Below are positions 1 to 13,199 of a stretch of DNA of 64,000 nucleotides, in pieces. The first letter of the stretch is position 1, and every line of letters begins with the position of its first letter. The position numbers were made by a program, and so were the translations under genes. The stretch is from Vicugna vicugna (lineage: Eukaryota): positions 4,832,792 through 4,896,791 of the forward strand of contig MU058384.1 in assembly GCA_013265495.1 (NCBI GenBank). Direction: 5' to 3'. The notes under the pieces were generated by a model. The model ran no database searches. It was given only the letters and a program-made list of their open reading frames with translations, and was not told the DNA's origin.

Positions 1-1897
1 GTGAGACCTACTTATAAAACTCATTGTACACACTTAAGTTGCAGCTGGTGTCTAAGTGTGAATGATTCCTCTTCTGTTTCTAATCTTAGTTATTCTTTTC
101 TTTCTCCATTTCTACTATAAAAATCTTTATAATGAACACTTAGGCTGTTAACCATTCGGTAACCAAAGATCCTGAAAATTAGTACAGCTCAATAAAATGC
201 CTATCTTCCCTGGGACTTATTTTGAGCCTTTCTGCTTTAATCTTCTGTCACTTGTACTACGAGCTAGCTGCTTAGTTCTTACCAACAAAACCTTGGTTAT
301 ATATTGTTTATCTATATCTCTTATGTCACACATACACACTTTCTTCCTCTGTTATGTGTCTACAGTGTTATCTCTTTTATCCATTTCCATAGCCAGAATC
401 AAGGCTCTCCTCTCTGACACGGAGAGCTGTTGTCTCCATCTCTGCGTTTTGGCTTGTATCTGTTCCTTTGTTTATCGTGACTAACTTCACCTTCCATAAC
501 CATAATTTCTATGATGTTCTTTTTTTTATAACAGCTTTATTTGAATATAATGCACATAGCAAAAAATTTACCTTTTAAAGACTACAATTCATTGGGTTTT
601 AGTATATTCACAGTTTTGCACCCATCACCAGTATCTAATTTTAAAACATTCACCAAAAAAACCCTACACTCAGTAGTAAGTCACCCACCTCCCTCCACTG
701 GCTTCTCTCCCTAGCCCCTGGCAAATACTAATCTACTTTCTACCTCTCTGGGTTTGCCTGTTGTGGACATTTAATATAAATGCAGTTGTATCATACATGA
801 CCTTTTGTATCTGACTTCTTTCACTTTGCATGTAAAAAGTTCATCCATGTCATGCATCAGAATTTCATTATTTTCTTTGGCTGAATAATATTCTATTATA
901 TGGACAGCCCACATTTTATTTATCTTTTAATTCACTGATGAACATTTGAGTGCTTCCATTTTTAGCTATTATGAATAATGCTATATGAACATTTACATAT
1001 AGGTTTTTGTGTGAACATGGGTTTTCAATTCTCTTGGGTATATATTTAGTAGTGAAATTGCTGCATCATATGGTAACTCTGTTTAACATTTTGAGGAACT
1101 GCTGAAATGTTCTCTAAAGTACCTGAACCATTTTACAATCCAATCAGCCAACTCTGAGGGTTTCAGTTTCTTCACATCCTCACCAACACTTGTTACTGTC
1201 TTTTTTATTATAGCCATATTATTGGGTAGGAAGTGGTATCTCCTGATTTTGATTTGCATTTCCTTAATGATTAAAGATGTGAGCATTTTTTGAAGTGCTA
1301 TTTGTATATCTTCTTTGAATAATTTATTCACATCCTTTGGCCATTTTCTGATTGGGCACATTATAATTTTGTTTACTATATAATTATATAAGTTAGATAT
1401 ATTTTTTGAATGTTATATTTATGTATGTATATATGGGATTCAGAGCTTATTATACCAAATGTAGAAATACATTTTTGTTTTTAGAAATGGAGTTGAAGTT
1501 AGCAGATTTACATTTAATTTGGAAAATAGGAACACATTTATAGTCGTGGCTGTCCTGCAGAAATTTTTTTTTTTATAAAACACCAGTCCTCTATGATAAC
1601 TCAGGGAACTTTAGGAGTTAAATAATAATAATTACACCTGACACATACTGTGTACCTACCATGTGCAGGTATATAGTATATAAATATATATTATATAAAA
1701 ATCATTGTATAATTATGTAAATTATATATGAGTATAAATGTATCTATATCATATTTATATGACCTATATCATATCTAATTGAATTTTTCTTATTATTGAC
1801 TTATAAGTGTTCTTTGTATACTCTGGATACAAGTCTTGTATCAGATGTTTGATTTGTAGATATTTTCTGCCTTTCTGTAGACTGTCTTTTTCTCTTT

Positions 1898-2372
1898 TTT
1901 TTTAATTATAGTCAATTTACAATTTGGTATTAATTTCTTGTGTACAGCATAGTGATTCATTTATATATATATGCCTAAATATATATATTCCTTTTCATGT
2001 TCTTTTTCTTTATACACCACTACAAGGTATTGAATATAGTTCCCTGTGCTATGCAGTTGGACTTTGTTGTTTTTCTATTTTATATATAGTAACTAGTATC
2101 TGCAAATCCTAAATTCCCAATTTATCCCTCCCTACCCCCTTTTCCCCCTGGTAACCATAAGTTTGTTTTCTATGTCTGTGAGTCTGTAAGTCTGTTTCCA
2201 TTTTATAAGTATGCTTTTTTTTTTTTTAGATTCTACATGTAAGCGATATCGTATGGTATTTTTTTTTCTCTCTCTGGCTTACTATACTTAGTATGACAAT
2301 CTCCAGGACCATCCATGTTACTGCAAATGGCATTATTTTATTCCTTTTTATGGTTGAGTAGTATATATATAT

Positions 2373-2430
<58 letters not shown>

Positions 2431-2541
2431 CATGGCTTCTTTATCCAGTCATCCATCAATGGACATTTAGGTCACTCCCATGTCAGTACATCTACATGTG
2501 GAACAATTCTCACAGAATACCTGCTGACCTCTGGCAGATCT
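1898..2541 (-). mobile_element. Younger artiodactyl-type L1 3' fragment with (CA)n, nested in the old L1
   Basis: L1 3' end motifs (tacagcatagtgattca, ccctgtgctatgcag, ggtaaccataagtttg) and ORF2 C-terminal remnant IMPFAVTWMVLEIVILS. Approximate TSD TTTTTCTCTTT at 1887-1897 and 2542-2552. Confidence 0.8.
2376..2428. repeat. (CA)n microsatellite
   Basis: About 26 uninterrupted AC units. Confidence 0.97.
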
Positions 2542-5500
2542 TTTTTCTCTTTCTTGATCATGTTCTTTGAAGCAAAAAAAAAATTTTAATTTTTATGAAG
2601 TTTAATTTTTCCGCTCTTTTCTTTTGTCTCTTGTGCTTTTGATATCATGTCTAAGAAACCATTGTCTGATCCAGGTTCACAAAGGTTTACTCCTATATTT
2701 TCTTACAGAGTTTTATACATTTAGCTCTTACCTTTAGGTCGATAACCCATTTGGAGTTAATTTTTATATATAGTGTGAGTTAGGGATATAACTACTTTTT
2801 TCGCATGTTTGGTTTTCCCAGCACGACTTATTGAAAAGACTAATATTCCTCCATTAATGGTCTTGTACCCTACTCAGAAATCACTTGACTGTGAATATGA
2901 GGGCTTATGTCTAGACTTTCAATTCTATTGCGTTGATCCATATGCTTGTCTTTATATCAATAACCCACTGTTTTAGTTCCTGTAGCTTTGTAGGTAGTTT
3001 TAAAATCAGAGCATGTCCTCCAGCTCTGTTCTCTTTCCAGATTATTTTTGCTGTCTTAAGTCCCTTGCATTTCCATGTGAATCTTAAAATCACCTCAGTT
3101 TCTGCAAAATTTTTGATAGAAATTGTGTTGAATCTGTAGATCAAACTTGAGTATTTTCATCTTAACAGTATATTGTCTTCCAATCTAGTAACATGGGTCT
3201 TTCAATTTACCTGGGTCTTCTTTAATTTCTTTCAATAATATTTTATTTTCAATATATTAAGTCTTAGATTTTTGTTTCAAGTATTTTATTCTTTTTCATA
3301 CTATTATAAGTGGAATTGATTTTGTATTCAGATTGTTCATTCTTTAGGTATGGAAATATAATTGGTTTTTTTGTATTGACCTTGTATTCTGCAACTTGAT
3401 GAATTTATTTACTGCTTCTAAAAGATGTTTTTGGGTTTTTTTAAATAGATTCCTTGAGATTGTCTGTACCCAAGATCGTGTCATCTGCTAGTATAGTTCT
3501 TTCTTTCCATCTGGATGCCTTTCTTTTTTCTTGCCCAATTTACTGGCTAGAATCTCCAGTACAGCATTGAAGTAGCAGAAGTCAATTTCTTTGTCTTGTC
3601 TTGTTCCTAATCTTAGGGGAAAAACTGTCAGTCTTTGACCACTAAGTATGTTGTTAGCTGTGCGTTTTTATACATAACCTTTATCAAGTTAAGGAAATAC
3701 TCTTACTCGGTTGAGTGGTTTTTATCAGGAAACGATGTTGGATTTTGTTAAGTGATTTTTCTGTATTTATTGAAATGATTATGTGGGTTTTCTCCTCAGG
3801 GCTATTAATATGGTCTGTTACATAGACTGTCATATATTAAACCAAATTATCATTTCTGGGATAAAGCCCACTTGGACCTGGTATATAGTCCTTTTTATAT
3901 GTTGTGGATTTGTTTACTGGTATTTTGTTGATGTTTTCACATCAGTATTCATAAGACATATATAGTTTTCTTGTCTAGCTTTGGGATCATGGCAATACTG
4001 ACTTCATAGAATGAGTTGGAAAGTATTCATTTCTCTTTCTCTTTTTTTTTTTTTGGAAGAGTTTATAAAAGATTGACATTTCTTCTTTAAACATTTGGTA
4101 CAGTTCACCAATGATGCGTTCTGTTCCTAGACTTTTCTCTGTGGGAAGTTTTTTGATTGTTAATTCAATCTCTTTACTCTTACAGGTCTATTCAGATTTT
4201 CCTTTTCTTCTTCAGTCGATTTAAGTTGTGTCTTCCTAGGAATTTGTTCCTTTCATCTGGGCCATTTAATTTGTTAACACACAGTTGATAGCACTCCATT
4301 ATAATCCTATGTGTTTCTGTAAGGCCAGTAGTGATATCTTTTCTCTCATTCCTGAATTTATTAACTGGGATGTTACCTTCCCCCACTACCCTTGGTCAGT
4401 CTAGCGAAAGTTTTGTCAGTTTTCTTGATTTTTCAAAGAACCAATTTTTGGTTTTGTTAATTTCCTCTATTCTTTTTCTATTTTCTATTTCATTTATTTC
4501 CATCCTAATGTTTATCATTTCCTTTCTTCTGCTTGTTTTGAGTTAGTTTTATTTTTCTAGTTTTAAAGTATACAGTTAATTTATTGATTTGATGTCTTTC
4601 TTCTCAATACAAGCATTTATAGCTGTAAAAGTTCTTAAAAATCATTGCTGTTGCTGCTCCATGTACATTCTGGCATGTTGTGTTTATTTTTTTATTTATC
4701 TTTTTCTAATTTCCCTGGTGATCTCTTCTTTGACCAGTTGGTTATTTAGGAGTGTGTTGTTTAATTTCTATACATTTGTGAATTTCCCAAATATCTTTCT
4801 ATAACTGATTTCTATTTTCATTTCATTGTGGTTAGAGAACATACTTATGATTTCAGGGTTTTTTACAGGTTTTATGATCTAGCATATTATCTATACTAGA
4901 GAATGTTCTGCACCCACTTAAGATGACTATGTATTCTGCTTTTGTTAGATGGAGTGTTCTATAGATGTCTCTTAGATCTTGTTGGTTTCTAGTGTTGATC
5001 AAGTCTTCTGTTTCCATTTTGGTCTGCCTAGTTCTGTTTATTATAGAAGTGGTGTATGGAAGCCTCAGCAACTGTTGTTGACAGTTTTTGTCTTAAACTC
5101 CTATTTTGCCTGATATCAGAATAGCCTCTCCAGCTCTCTTTTGACTTCTGTTTGTATAGTATGTCTTTTTCATGTTTTACAACTTTATTGTGTCTTTAAA
5201 ATGTTCTTTTTGTGGAGAGCAGACAATTGGATCGTGTCTTTGTTCTATTCTGATAATCTGCTTTCTGTTTGGAGTGCTTAATCCATTTACATTTAATTTA
5301 ATCAGTGATTAAATTAGTCTGCAGTTTGGTTTTGTTTTCTTTATGTCTGATGTCTGATTGTTTGCTCCTTCATTCTTTCACCACTCAGTTTTGGGGTTAA
5401 ATTAATATTTTAATATATCAATTTAAATCCTTTTTTTTTATATATTTACTTGAGTTGTTTTCTTAGTGGTTACCCTGAGAATTACAATTAACATCTTAAC

Positions 5501-8500
5501 TTAAAACTGTCTAGTTTGGATTAATACCAACTTAATTTCAGTAGTATATAAAAACTTTAATACGTTTCTCTTCCCTTCTGCTTTCTCTGTGCTATTATTG
5601 TCATACAAATTACATCTTTATACATTGTAAGCCCATCAACACATTTTTATAATTATTTCTTTACAAAGTTCCCTTTCAAATCAAATGAAGAGTTTCCAAA
5701 AAAGTACATTTATTACTGTCCTTTGTATTTATTTGTGTAATTACCTTTATCGGTGCTCTTATTTCAGTCCAAAGGACTCCTGTTACTTTGTTTTTTCTTT
5801 TGAAGAGCAGGTCTACTAGCAACAGACTCTCTGGGAATGTATTAATTTCTTCTTTTTTACAGGATAGTTTTGCTGGGTGTTGAATAACAGGTTGAGCCTT
5901 CTTTCCACACTGAATGTTGTTGAAAGCACCATCTTACTAACTTCTAACCTTCAAGGTTTCTGATAAGTCTGTTGTTAATGTTACTGAGAATTCCTTCTGT
6001 GTGATGAGTTGTTTTTCTCTTGCTGTTTTCAAGATTCTTTGACTTTCAGTAGTTTGGCTATGATATGTCTAGGTGTGGATCTCTTTGAGTTTGTCCTACT
6101 TGGAGTTTGTTTAGGCTCTTGGATACTGAGGTTAATTTTTTTTTAATCAAATTTGGGATGTTTGGGCCATTAGTTCCTCAAATAGCTCTTCCTTCCTTTC
6201 TTCTGTTTTCTCTTCTTCTGGGTCTCCCATTATGCATATGTTGGTACACTTGACAACAGCCCATAGATGTCTGTGGCAGCCCATAGATGTCCTAGGTTCT
6301 GTCATTTTTTTGCACTCCTTTTTCTTTCTGTTTCTTAGACTAGATAATCTCAGTTTACTTATCTTTAAAGTTCAATTATTCTTTACTCTGATTCTGAGAT
6401 AGCATTCTTATGTTTTCTCTTAATTCTTTAGACATAGTTTCCTTTAGACCTTTGAAAATATAAATATATTGATTTAATTAATCATATATATAATTTATTA
6501 ATTAAAAAAATATATATAATGATTTAAAATCTTTTTCTAGTAAATCCTAGTAAATCTAGGCTTTCTCAGGGACAATTTCTATTGACTTCCTTGATTCCTA
6601 TTAGGGTTATACTTTACTCTTTCTTTACATGTTGTGTAACTGGACATTTGAGATAATATAACTGACAAACCTGGATGTCAGATTCTTAAACCCCACATTG
6701 CCCTATGGTTTGTCATTTTTATTATTATTGTTGTTGGTATTTGTTTAGTTAGGACTTTCCTGGAATAATTATTTAAACACTGTATTTTTTTGTGTTGTGC
6801 AACCACTGAAGTATCTGCTTGGTTAGCTTAGTGGTCAGCTGATGACTGGACAGAGATTTTTTTAAATGCCTGGAATCTTTTCCAAAGGGCTCTATGTGTG
6901 TGTTAGGACATGTGTTTAGTGCTTCAGTATGTAGTTTATGACTCTGCCATACTTAGAGTTACTTTCTGTTATATTCTTGTCTTCTTCCCCACCAAACCAA
7001 ATGCTCACATATGTGTACATGAGCTTTTCCTAGAATGTTTGGATTGACATTAGAATTAGAAATAGACAAACCTCAGTGTTTAAATAAAATGAGCAGTTAA
7101 TTATTGGTGTCTGACTGTCAGCAACCTAAGAAGCTTTTCTCTTTCCAATTAAATTTATTACTCAAGCAAGATTCCTTCACAAAGTCTTTCCAAGTTAACT
7201 CTGCCTGTAGTCATTTCAGTAGTTCCTTCCACCCTTAAATATATAAACTGCAGTGATCAGATGGACACACATGTTAGTGTACATATGTAAGCTGTCACCT
7301 TGGCCTAATTTCAGTTTACCACATAACTTCCCAGTTTGATGGCCTCTTCAACAGATTATGACTGAGAAGCCAATATGAAGGAAAGTGCTTTGATGATCTT
7401 CTTCAGGTGCCTTCTGTAATAGAAATACCAAGTCTTAAACATACTTCTTTTGGCATAATCTTAGCAAAAGTCTTAGGCAGTGAACCAAGCAGACTTATAT
7501 TTAATTGGTTCCACAAAGGCCTCTAACTTCAAACTTAAATATGCAGGTTAGTGATTAAGAGCATAGACTTAGGAGAACAGCAGACCTGCTAACATCTAGA
7601 ACCTGCCAAACTGTAACACTTAGACAAATAGAAGTTCTTTTAGTTTATAACTAAGGAAACAAAGGCATCACAAATGCTAGAGAAGGTGTGCTAAGGCATG
7701 TTCAAATGCTAAATGAAGATATGAACGTATGGGTGAACAGAAAAATGTATGCACTCTATGTGTGTATATATTTAATGTGTATGTGTATATACATACACAT
7801 GCATATATAGTATAAGATGCTTAGCACATGCCTGACACATAGCAGATATTAAATAAATGGTAGATACATATATTTCTAGGTACATCTAGAGCAATACATA
7901 GACATATCTTTGACATAACAGATTATTAAATAGATGTGCATCGATGCTGAGAAAAAATAAACTGATATTTATATACTTATTTTAGAACTAGTGAATTAAA
8001 CTTTAAGAATAAGAATTTTTAAGTATATAATGTTTGAAACAGTATATTTTTTCTTAATCGTATGTTAAGCATCTTTAAATCAAGAACTGTATGCTGCATT
8101 TCTTCATATTTCCTGTACTGTGTACAATGCCATATATAGCACACACTCAAGATACTTATATGAATGTGTTACTAACTAATTTATCTTTTTAGAAATTGTT
8201 TATAAATTTAATGAACTCTGTTAATAAATTTAACAAATGTCCTTAGGAGTACTCTTAAGCAGTTCTCAAAGATGTCTTTATTTGTTGTCTTAAAATATCA
8301 GATACTACAGCTCCTTGTACGTAGAGTCAGTGCCTGGGAAATGCTGAAGATGTCATTAGGCATTGAAAAGATTAATTTCATTGTCGAAAGACTTATCTCC
8401 AGACTTCATGTTATTTTTGATAGGTCTTTTATCTCTGTTATGTATATTTAAGCACAGAGAAATACACTGATACCTCAACTCTAAAAGAGAAATGGAAGTT

Positions 8501-9739
8501 ATAGCTCATATAGATATTTTTGAGCTTCTGTAGGTGCCTGTTCAATTTTAGAATCAGTTTTTCCAAAGTAATTTTGCAACAAATCTATTTGAAGACCCTT
8601 TCATAGCTTATTTATCTATTTATATGTTTATTTGTAAGTTTTATTATTTATGTATTCATGTGTTTATATCCTTAACAAACTTAATTAAATAATTTTTATT
8701 TCAATATTTATAAACTTGTATGTTTATGTATTTATAAAAACTTTTTGCTACCTCTCACGACAAGGTGGCAATGGAAAGGACCTGGCGAGGAGAGTAGCAT
8801 CTATAGGCAAATAAAAACAAGTTATGGTTATGGATGCAATAGGATAAAAAGAAGAGCATTCCACTTATTATAAGGGACGTGTTTCTCTTTATAATCTCTA
8901 TAAATCCTTCTTTAAACTATGAAGTACAAAATTTATAACTACTCAAACTGTAGAAATTATGAATATATTGTTTGCAAATACTTGAATTTCTTTTTGTTTA
9001 AAAATATTGTCTTCATCTAGGTCTTTTTTACGAATTTTATACTAATTTCATAGCTCATGGTTTGTTAAGAGAATTTAACTTTTCTGATGTAATCTATAAA
9101 TAAATTATTATTTTAATATTCGGTATCGGCATGCACCCTGGTACTCTTTATTGGTAACTTAAAAGTAGAGAAACAGAAGAGTAACTTGTACAAATATTAA
9201 AGGTATCCCTTTTTTGAAAAGGCCCACTAGACCAAAAACAATGAAATACCAATAAAATGGGAGCTCCTGAGGGCAGAAATTGTTCACTGCCGTTTCCCCA
9301 GCCTGTCAGAGTAGCTCAGACACAACATGTATCTAATAATGATTGCTGGATGGACAGATTTAATCTTTCAATTGTGCTTGTTTTTCTAATTTAAAAATTT
9401 CGCTAATTCTTAAGAGGTTGTAGGGAAACCTAAGAAATGTTTACTATGACTCCTAGTTGCAGTTTGAGCATGAGCTTGTTGAAAAAATGACGAAGTAGAT
9501 GTTAAATTACTCAAATCTGGAGCTAGTCAGCATTTCAGTGAGATGAGGCAAACTAAGAAAGATAAGTAAAACTAATAGGAAAGGAGGAACAGGTTTACTT
9601 TTTAAAGTTTTGCCAGTAACAATTTGTTATAAGGTCTGATTTTATATTTTAAATGATGTTTCTTACCCATTCAGTTGCATTACTTGATAAATGCAGAAAA
9701 TAAATGTACATGTTTTATAAAGTAGGTCATTGAAATGAA

Positions 9740-9925
9740 GTTCCTTGCTAAACCTTAGGTGCATCAGAATCACCTGGCAGGCTTGTTAAAGCAGATTGCT
9801 GGGCCTATCCCCAGAATATATGATTTCAGTTGGTTTGGAGTGGGGCCCAAGAATTTGCATTTGTAACCAGTTTCCAGGTAATGTTGCCACTGCTGGTCTG
9901 GTGAGACCACACTTTGAGAACCCTA
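9740..9925. mobile_element. MER5A-like hAT-Charlie DNA transposon
   Basis: gcatcagaatcacctgg...gattgctgggcc...ggggcccaagaatttgcattt...accacactttgagaacc. Confidence 0.8.
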
Positions 9926-11203
9926 ATCTACACCAGTGTGATTCATAATTCTCCTTTTGCTATCCCTCCCAAGAGAAAAAAAAGTACACCATCTTTTTTT
10001 TCACTAACCAAAAAAAATCTGTAGACCAGTGTATAAAGGTCTGCATCATTCTTTTGACTTTTTTTTAAGGACATAATCAATACAGAGATACATGGTAGAG
10101 CCTTTTTCAGTGAAGCACCAATGATTCACTGTAACAAAGTATGTGAATTGTGATTTCCAGTAAGAAGAGCTGTAATTGATACCAATCATCATATAAAATG
10201 AGTAGTTTTATTTGTGAAGTCCAAAAGTCAAGTCATTCCTATTAAAGAAGACTGGAGTATTTCCAAATGGTAAATTCCAAAGAAATGCTTTATCTTTCTT
10301 CTTTAATCATTAGTAGGAGACGTTTCCTGTGTATTAGAGTAATCAAACAAGCCTTTCTAATTCATGTGTGATCACAAATGATACTGTCACACTGTTACTC
10401 AACAAATTAATATTTTGAATTTACTTTAAAATCTATGAATGCTGTTCTTTTGGAACAGTTATTTGAGTACCTGATATGATAGAATTTTAAAACTGGAAAA
10501 TATACCTAACCTAGCATATGGTCCAAACCCCTTTGTTTACAAACATCCAGTGTGAGTGTTTTATGATATGTTTTAGCCTAGGAGGCCCAGCCAGGACTGG
10601 AAACTCACTGTCTTGATTTCTAGTGTGGTATTCTTTCGATTGCCCTTAGTAGTTACTTTACCAGAAGGTATTTAAAATTAAATATTTTCAAATATTTGTT
10701 TGGTGATGTGTTCAGTGTTCACAGATACTAGCATTGTATACCAGGATAGGAAGATAGTTTGGTACAGAGGCAATAAACTGTGAAATTATTTACTTTCTTT
10801 ATCTCTGTTTCCTTAATCTGTTATTATCCAGATAAGATCAACTAACAATAACAGGACCTTGTTTTCATTTTTATAAATATCTTCAGAGTCGTCTAACTTA
10901 GTGTTCATGGAAATATTCATAAGAGACTATATATTTCTACCACATGATGCTAGAAATAGGATTATGTGTTTTATTTCATGAAGTAAAATATAGTCCCATT
11001 GTCACTATTAGTAAAGGGGTTATTTGAATATTTAATAATGTACTGATGTACAATTCAGGATTTATTGTTAAATTTGATTTTATACTAACTTTATCTGCTC
11101 TTTTTTCTATTTTAATAATAAAGGTCGGATGTTCCTTAATTGACATAATTGAGAAATGAGACTTTCTTGAAGTTTATTTTATTTCACTTGTTAAATAATT
11201 ACT

Positions 11204-12650
11204 GGGGGGCAGCCTGGAGGGCAGCATGCGGGCACACCTAGGAGAAGGGACTGGTAGAGATGGAGCTCCATGCCCAGAGAATGGCCAGCCACAGCATGGC
11301 TCGAGGACCAGCACAATGATGCTCAGGTGCATGGTGGTTGGTGCCTGGACCACGGGCAAGACCTTCCTACTCATGATCTATGCCAGTGATGCCCTCCTGG
11401 AGGATTACTTGCCAACTGTCTTCAACCACTACACAGTCAGTGTCACCATAGGGGGCAGCTAGTACCTCCTGGTTCTCTGACATGGCCAAACAGGAAGACT
11501 ATGAACAGACAAGAAGACTACAATCATCTGAGGCTTTTTATCTTATCCAGTGCCTGACGTCCTCCTTACATGCTTCTTTGTGGTAAATGTAGCTGCATTT
11601 CAAAATGTGAAAGAGGAGTTGGTTCCAGAACTTTAGTAATAACACTAAGTATATCCTTTGTATTAATAGGACCTCAGATTGATCTCTGAAGTGACCCCAA
11701 AACTATAGCAGGACTGAAAGATATGAAGGAAAAACCTGTGTCTGAGACAAGGGCAGGAACTAGCAAGAGAAACAGGAGCACACTGCTACGTGGACTATTC
11801 AACTTTAGCCCAGTGGGGACTGAAGTTTTTGTTGAGGCTATCATAGTCACTTTAACTCCAAAGAAACACACAGTTTAAAAAAAAAAAAGAATAGGATCAA
11901 AATGTATAAACTGTTGTTTGATTACACAAGAAACATCTCCAGTGGCCAAGAAAACGGTCCATTTCTCTCAGAAAGCATATGAAATGGTACAGCTGTACCC
12001 AGACCTCTTATAAATAATGAAGCAGTTATGAAACTTGAAAGAGGTTTTTAAAAAACCCTGTCCTCATAATTTTATAAAATTCATTAAGAATATTTCCCTA
12101 AAGGTCCAAGAAGCAGCAAACAGCATCTGAAGCCACAGTCTATTATAAATACTTTATTTCAACTAGAAGGTACAATCTCTCATGGGTTTCATAGTTTAAA
12201 AAGCTACAATCACTTCGTGTTGTAACTATGTGAAAAGCAATGCTGTAAATTCAACTGCCTGACTTAGACCATACACATTTCTGCTAATCCTTATGGAGTC
12301 TGTATCTACCTTTGTTCCAGTTAATTGTTCTTGTATGTAAGTTGCTTGCTAGTTTAGTATATCCAGAGCAGTGAAATAACAAACCAGCCATATAGCCAAA
12401 GTCACTCCAAGCACACAGGAGAAGGGGCCATACCAGAGGGGAACATGTATAAAAATCAAAAAAGGACAAAGGTTTTATCATCACTTTAGCATAAGTGTAA
12501 CCTACATAATTCTGTATTAAAGCTTGATGTGCTTTCTTTAACAATACCAAAAGTATAATAAAATCATAACTTCATTTATCATGAAGACTAAAAATGAACA
12601 CATTTTAGTTAAGGTGCACTAAATACTGTAACAAAGCTTCTGCCAAAAAA
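11204..12650 (+). pseudogene. RHOQ: RHOQ (TC10) processed pseudogene with 5' UTR, CDS remnant (about 11296-11929), 3' UTR and short A tail
   Basis: Intronless decayed translation [46 protein letters not shown]...QEDY...EAIIVTLTPKKHTV..RIGSKCINCCLIT, whose C-terminus is diagnostic of RHOQ. Contains stops and frameshifts. Perfect TSD AAATAATTACT at 11193-11203 and 12651-12661. Confidence 0.93.
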
Positions 12651-12724
12651 AAATAATTACTAAGATGTCAGTTTTTGTTGCATCTTACATTAATTGGTAA
12701 TAATCCTACCAGTAACCATTAGAA

Positions 12725-13084
12725 GTACACTGAGTAAGTCTTTGGCTGAGTACTGGTCTGCACCTGCATGGGGGAAAACTCTATAGGGAAAGAATTAGAA
12801 ATTCCCAACTGCACAACTCAATGGGAATGATTCACATTCCTGACAGCCAGAATGGAAAACTCCTAATATGCAGAGGCATCAGGTAGAATTATCAGGAGAA
12901 TCACACCTTGGTAGTGAAGTTTGTTGAGTCCTAGAATAAAGTCTTCCTGAATCTGCTCCAACAACACTTAAAAGCAAACCTGGAAAAAGTCAAACTGATC
13001 TCAAGTAACTGCAAACCCAAAAAAGGTCCAACACTCATTAAAGGAATACAAGAAAATCCATCACTTACCAAAGTAAACTTCATG
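12725..13084 (+). mobile_element. Ancient L1M (MC/MD-like) 5'-region fragment
   Basis: Resembles the reverse complement of the L1 5' region at about 51400-51740 in this window (cagccagaatggaaaa, ggtagaat, ttaaaagcaa..ctgga..a.tcaaa). Confidence 0.65.
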
Positions 13085-13196
13085 TGTATTAGTTTTCTAG
13101 GGCTGTTGTAACAGATTACCACCAGCTTGATATGGCTTAAAACAGCAGAAATTTATTCTTTCACTGTTCCGGAGGCCAGAATTCTGAAATCAGGTT
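13085..13196 (-). mobile_element. MLT1 (ERVL-MaLR) LTR, 3'-terminal ~110 nt
   Basis: tgtattagttttctagggctg...ggcttaaaacagcagaaatttattct...ggaggccagaa is the reverse complement of an MLT1 LTR 3' end. Confidence 0.8.
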
Positions 13197-13199
13197 AAG

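Larger units (their letters stand above)
518..6970 (-). mobile_element. Old L1M (MB/MC-like) element, decayed 3' UTR, ORF2 and ORF1 region, interrupted by later insertions
   Basis: T-tail at about 518-527 then L1 3' UTR. Minus-strand ORFs give L1 ORF2 remnants (PIRKWPKDVNKLF, IYRFNTISIK, RNERKDITT..YQLCVNKL, DLRDIYRTLH). Confidence 0.9.

Noticed and set aside
6257..6291. 15-bp direct repeat cagcccatagatgtc (also a 19-bp tandem at 55726-55763)
   Set aside because: Ordinary two-copy slippage duplications, not an array.
11226..11462. 78-aa ORF with Rho GTPase similarity as a functional retrogene
   Set aside because: The P-loop is degenerate (GAWTTGKT), there is an early TAG at 11460-11462, and more stops and frameshifts follow.
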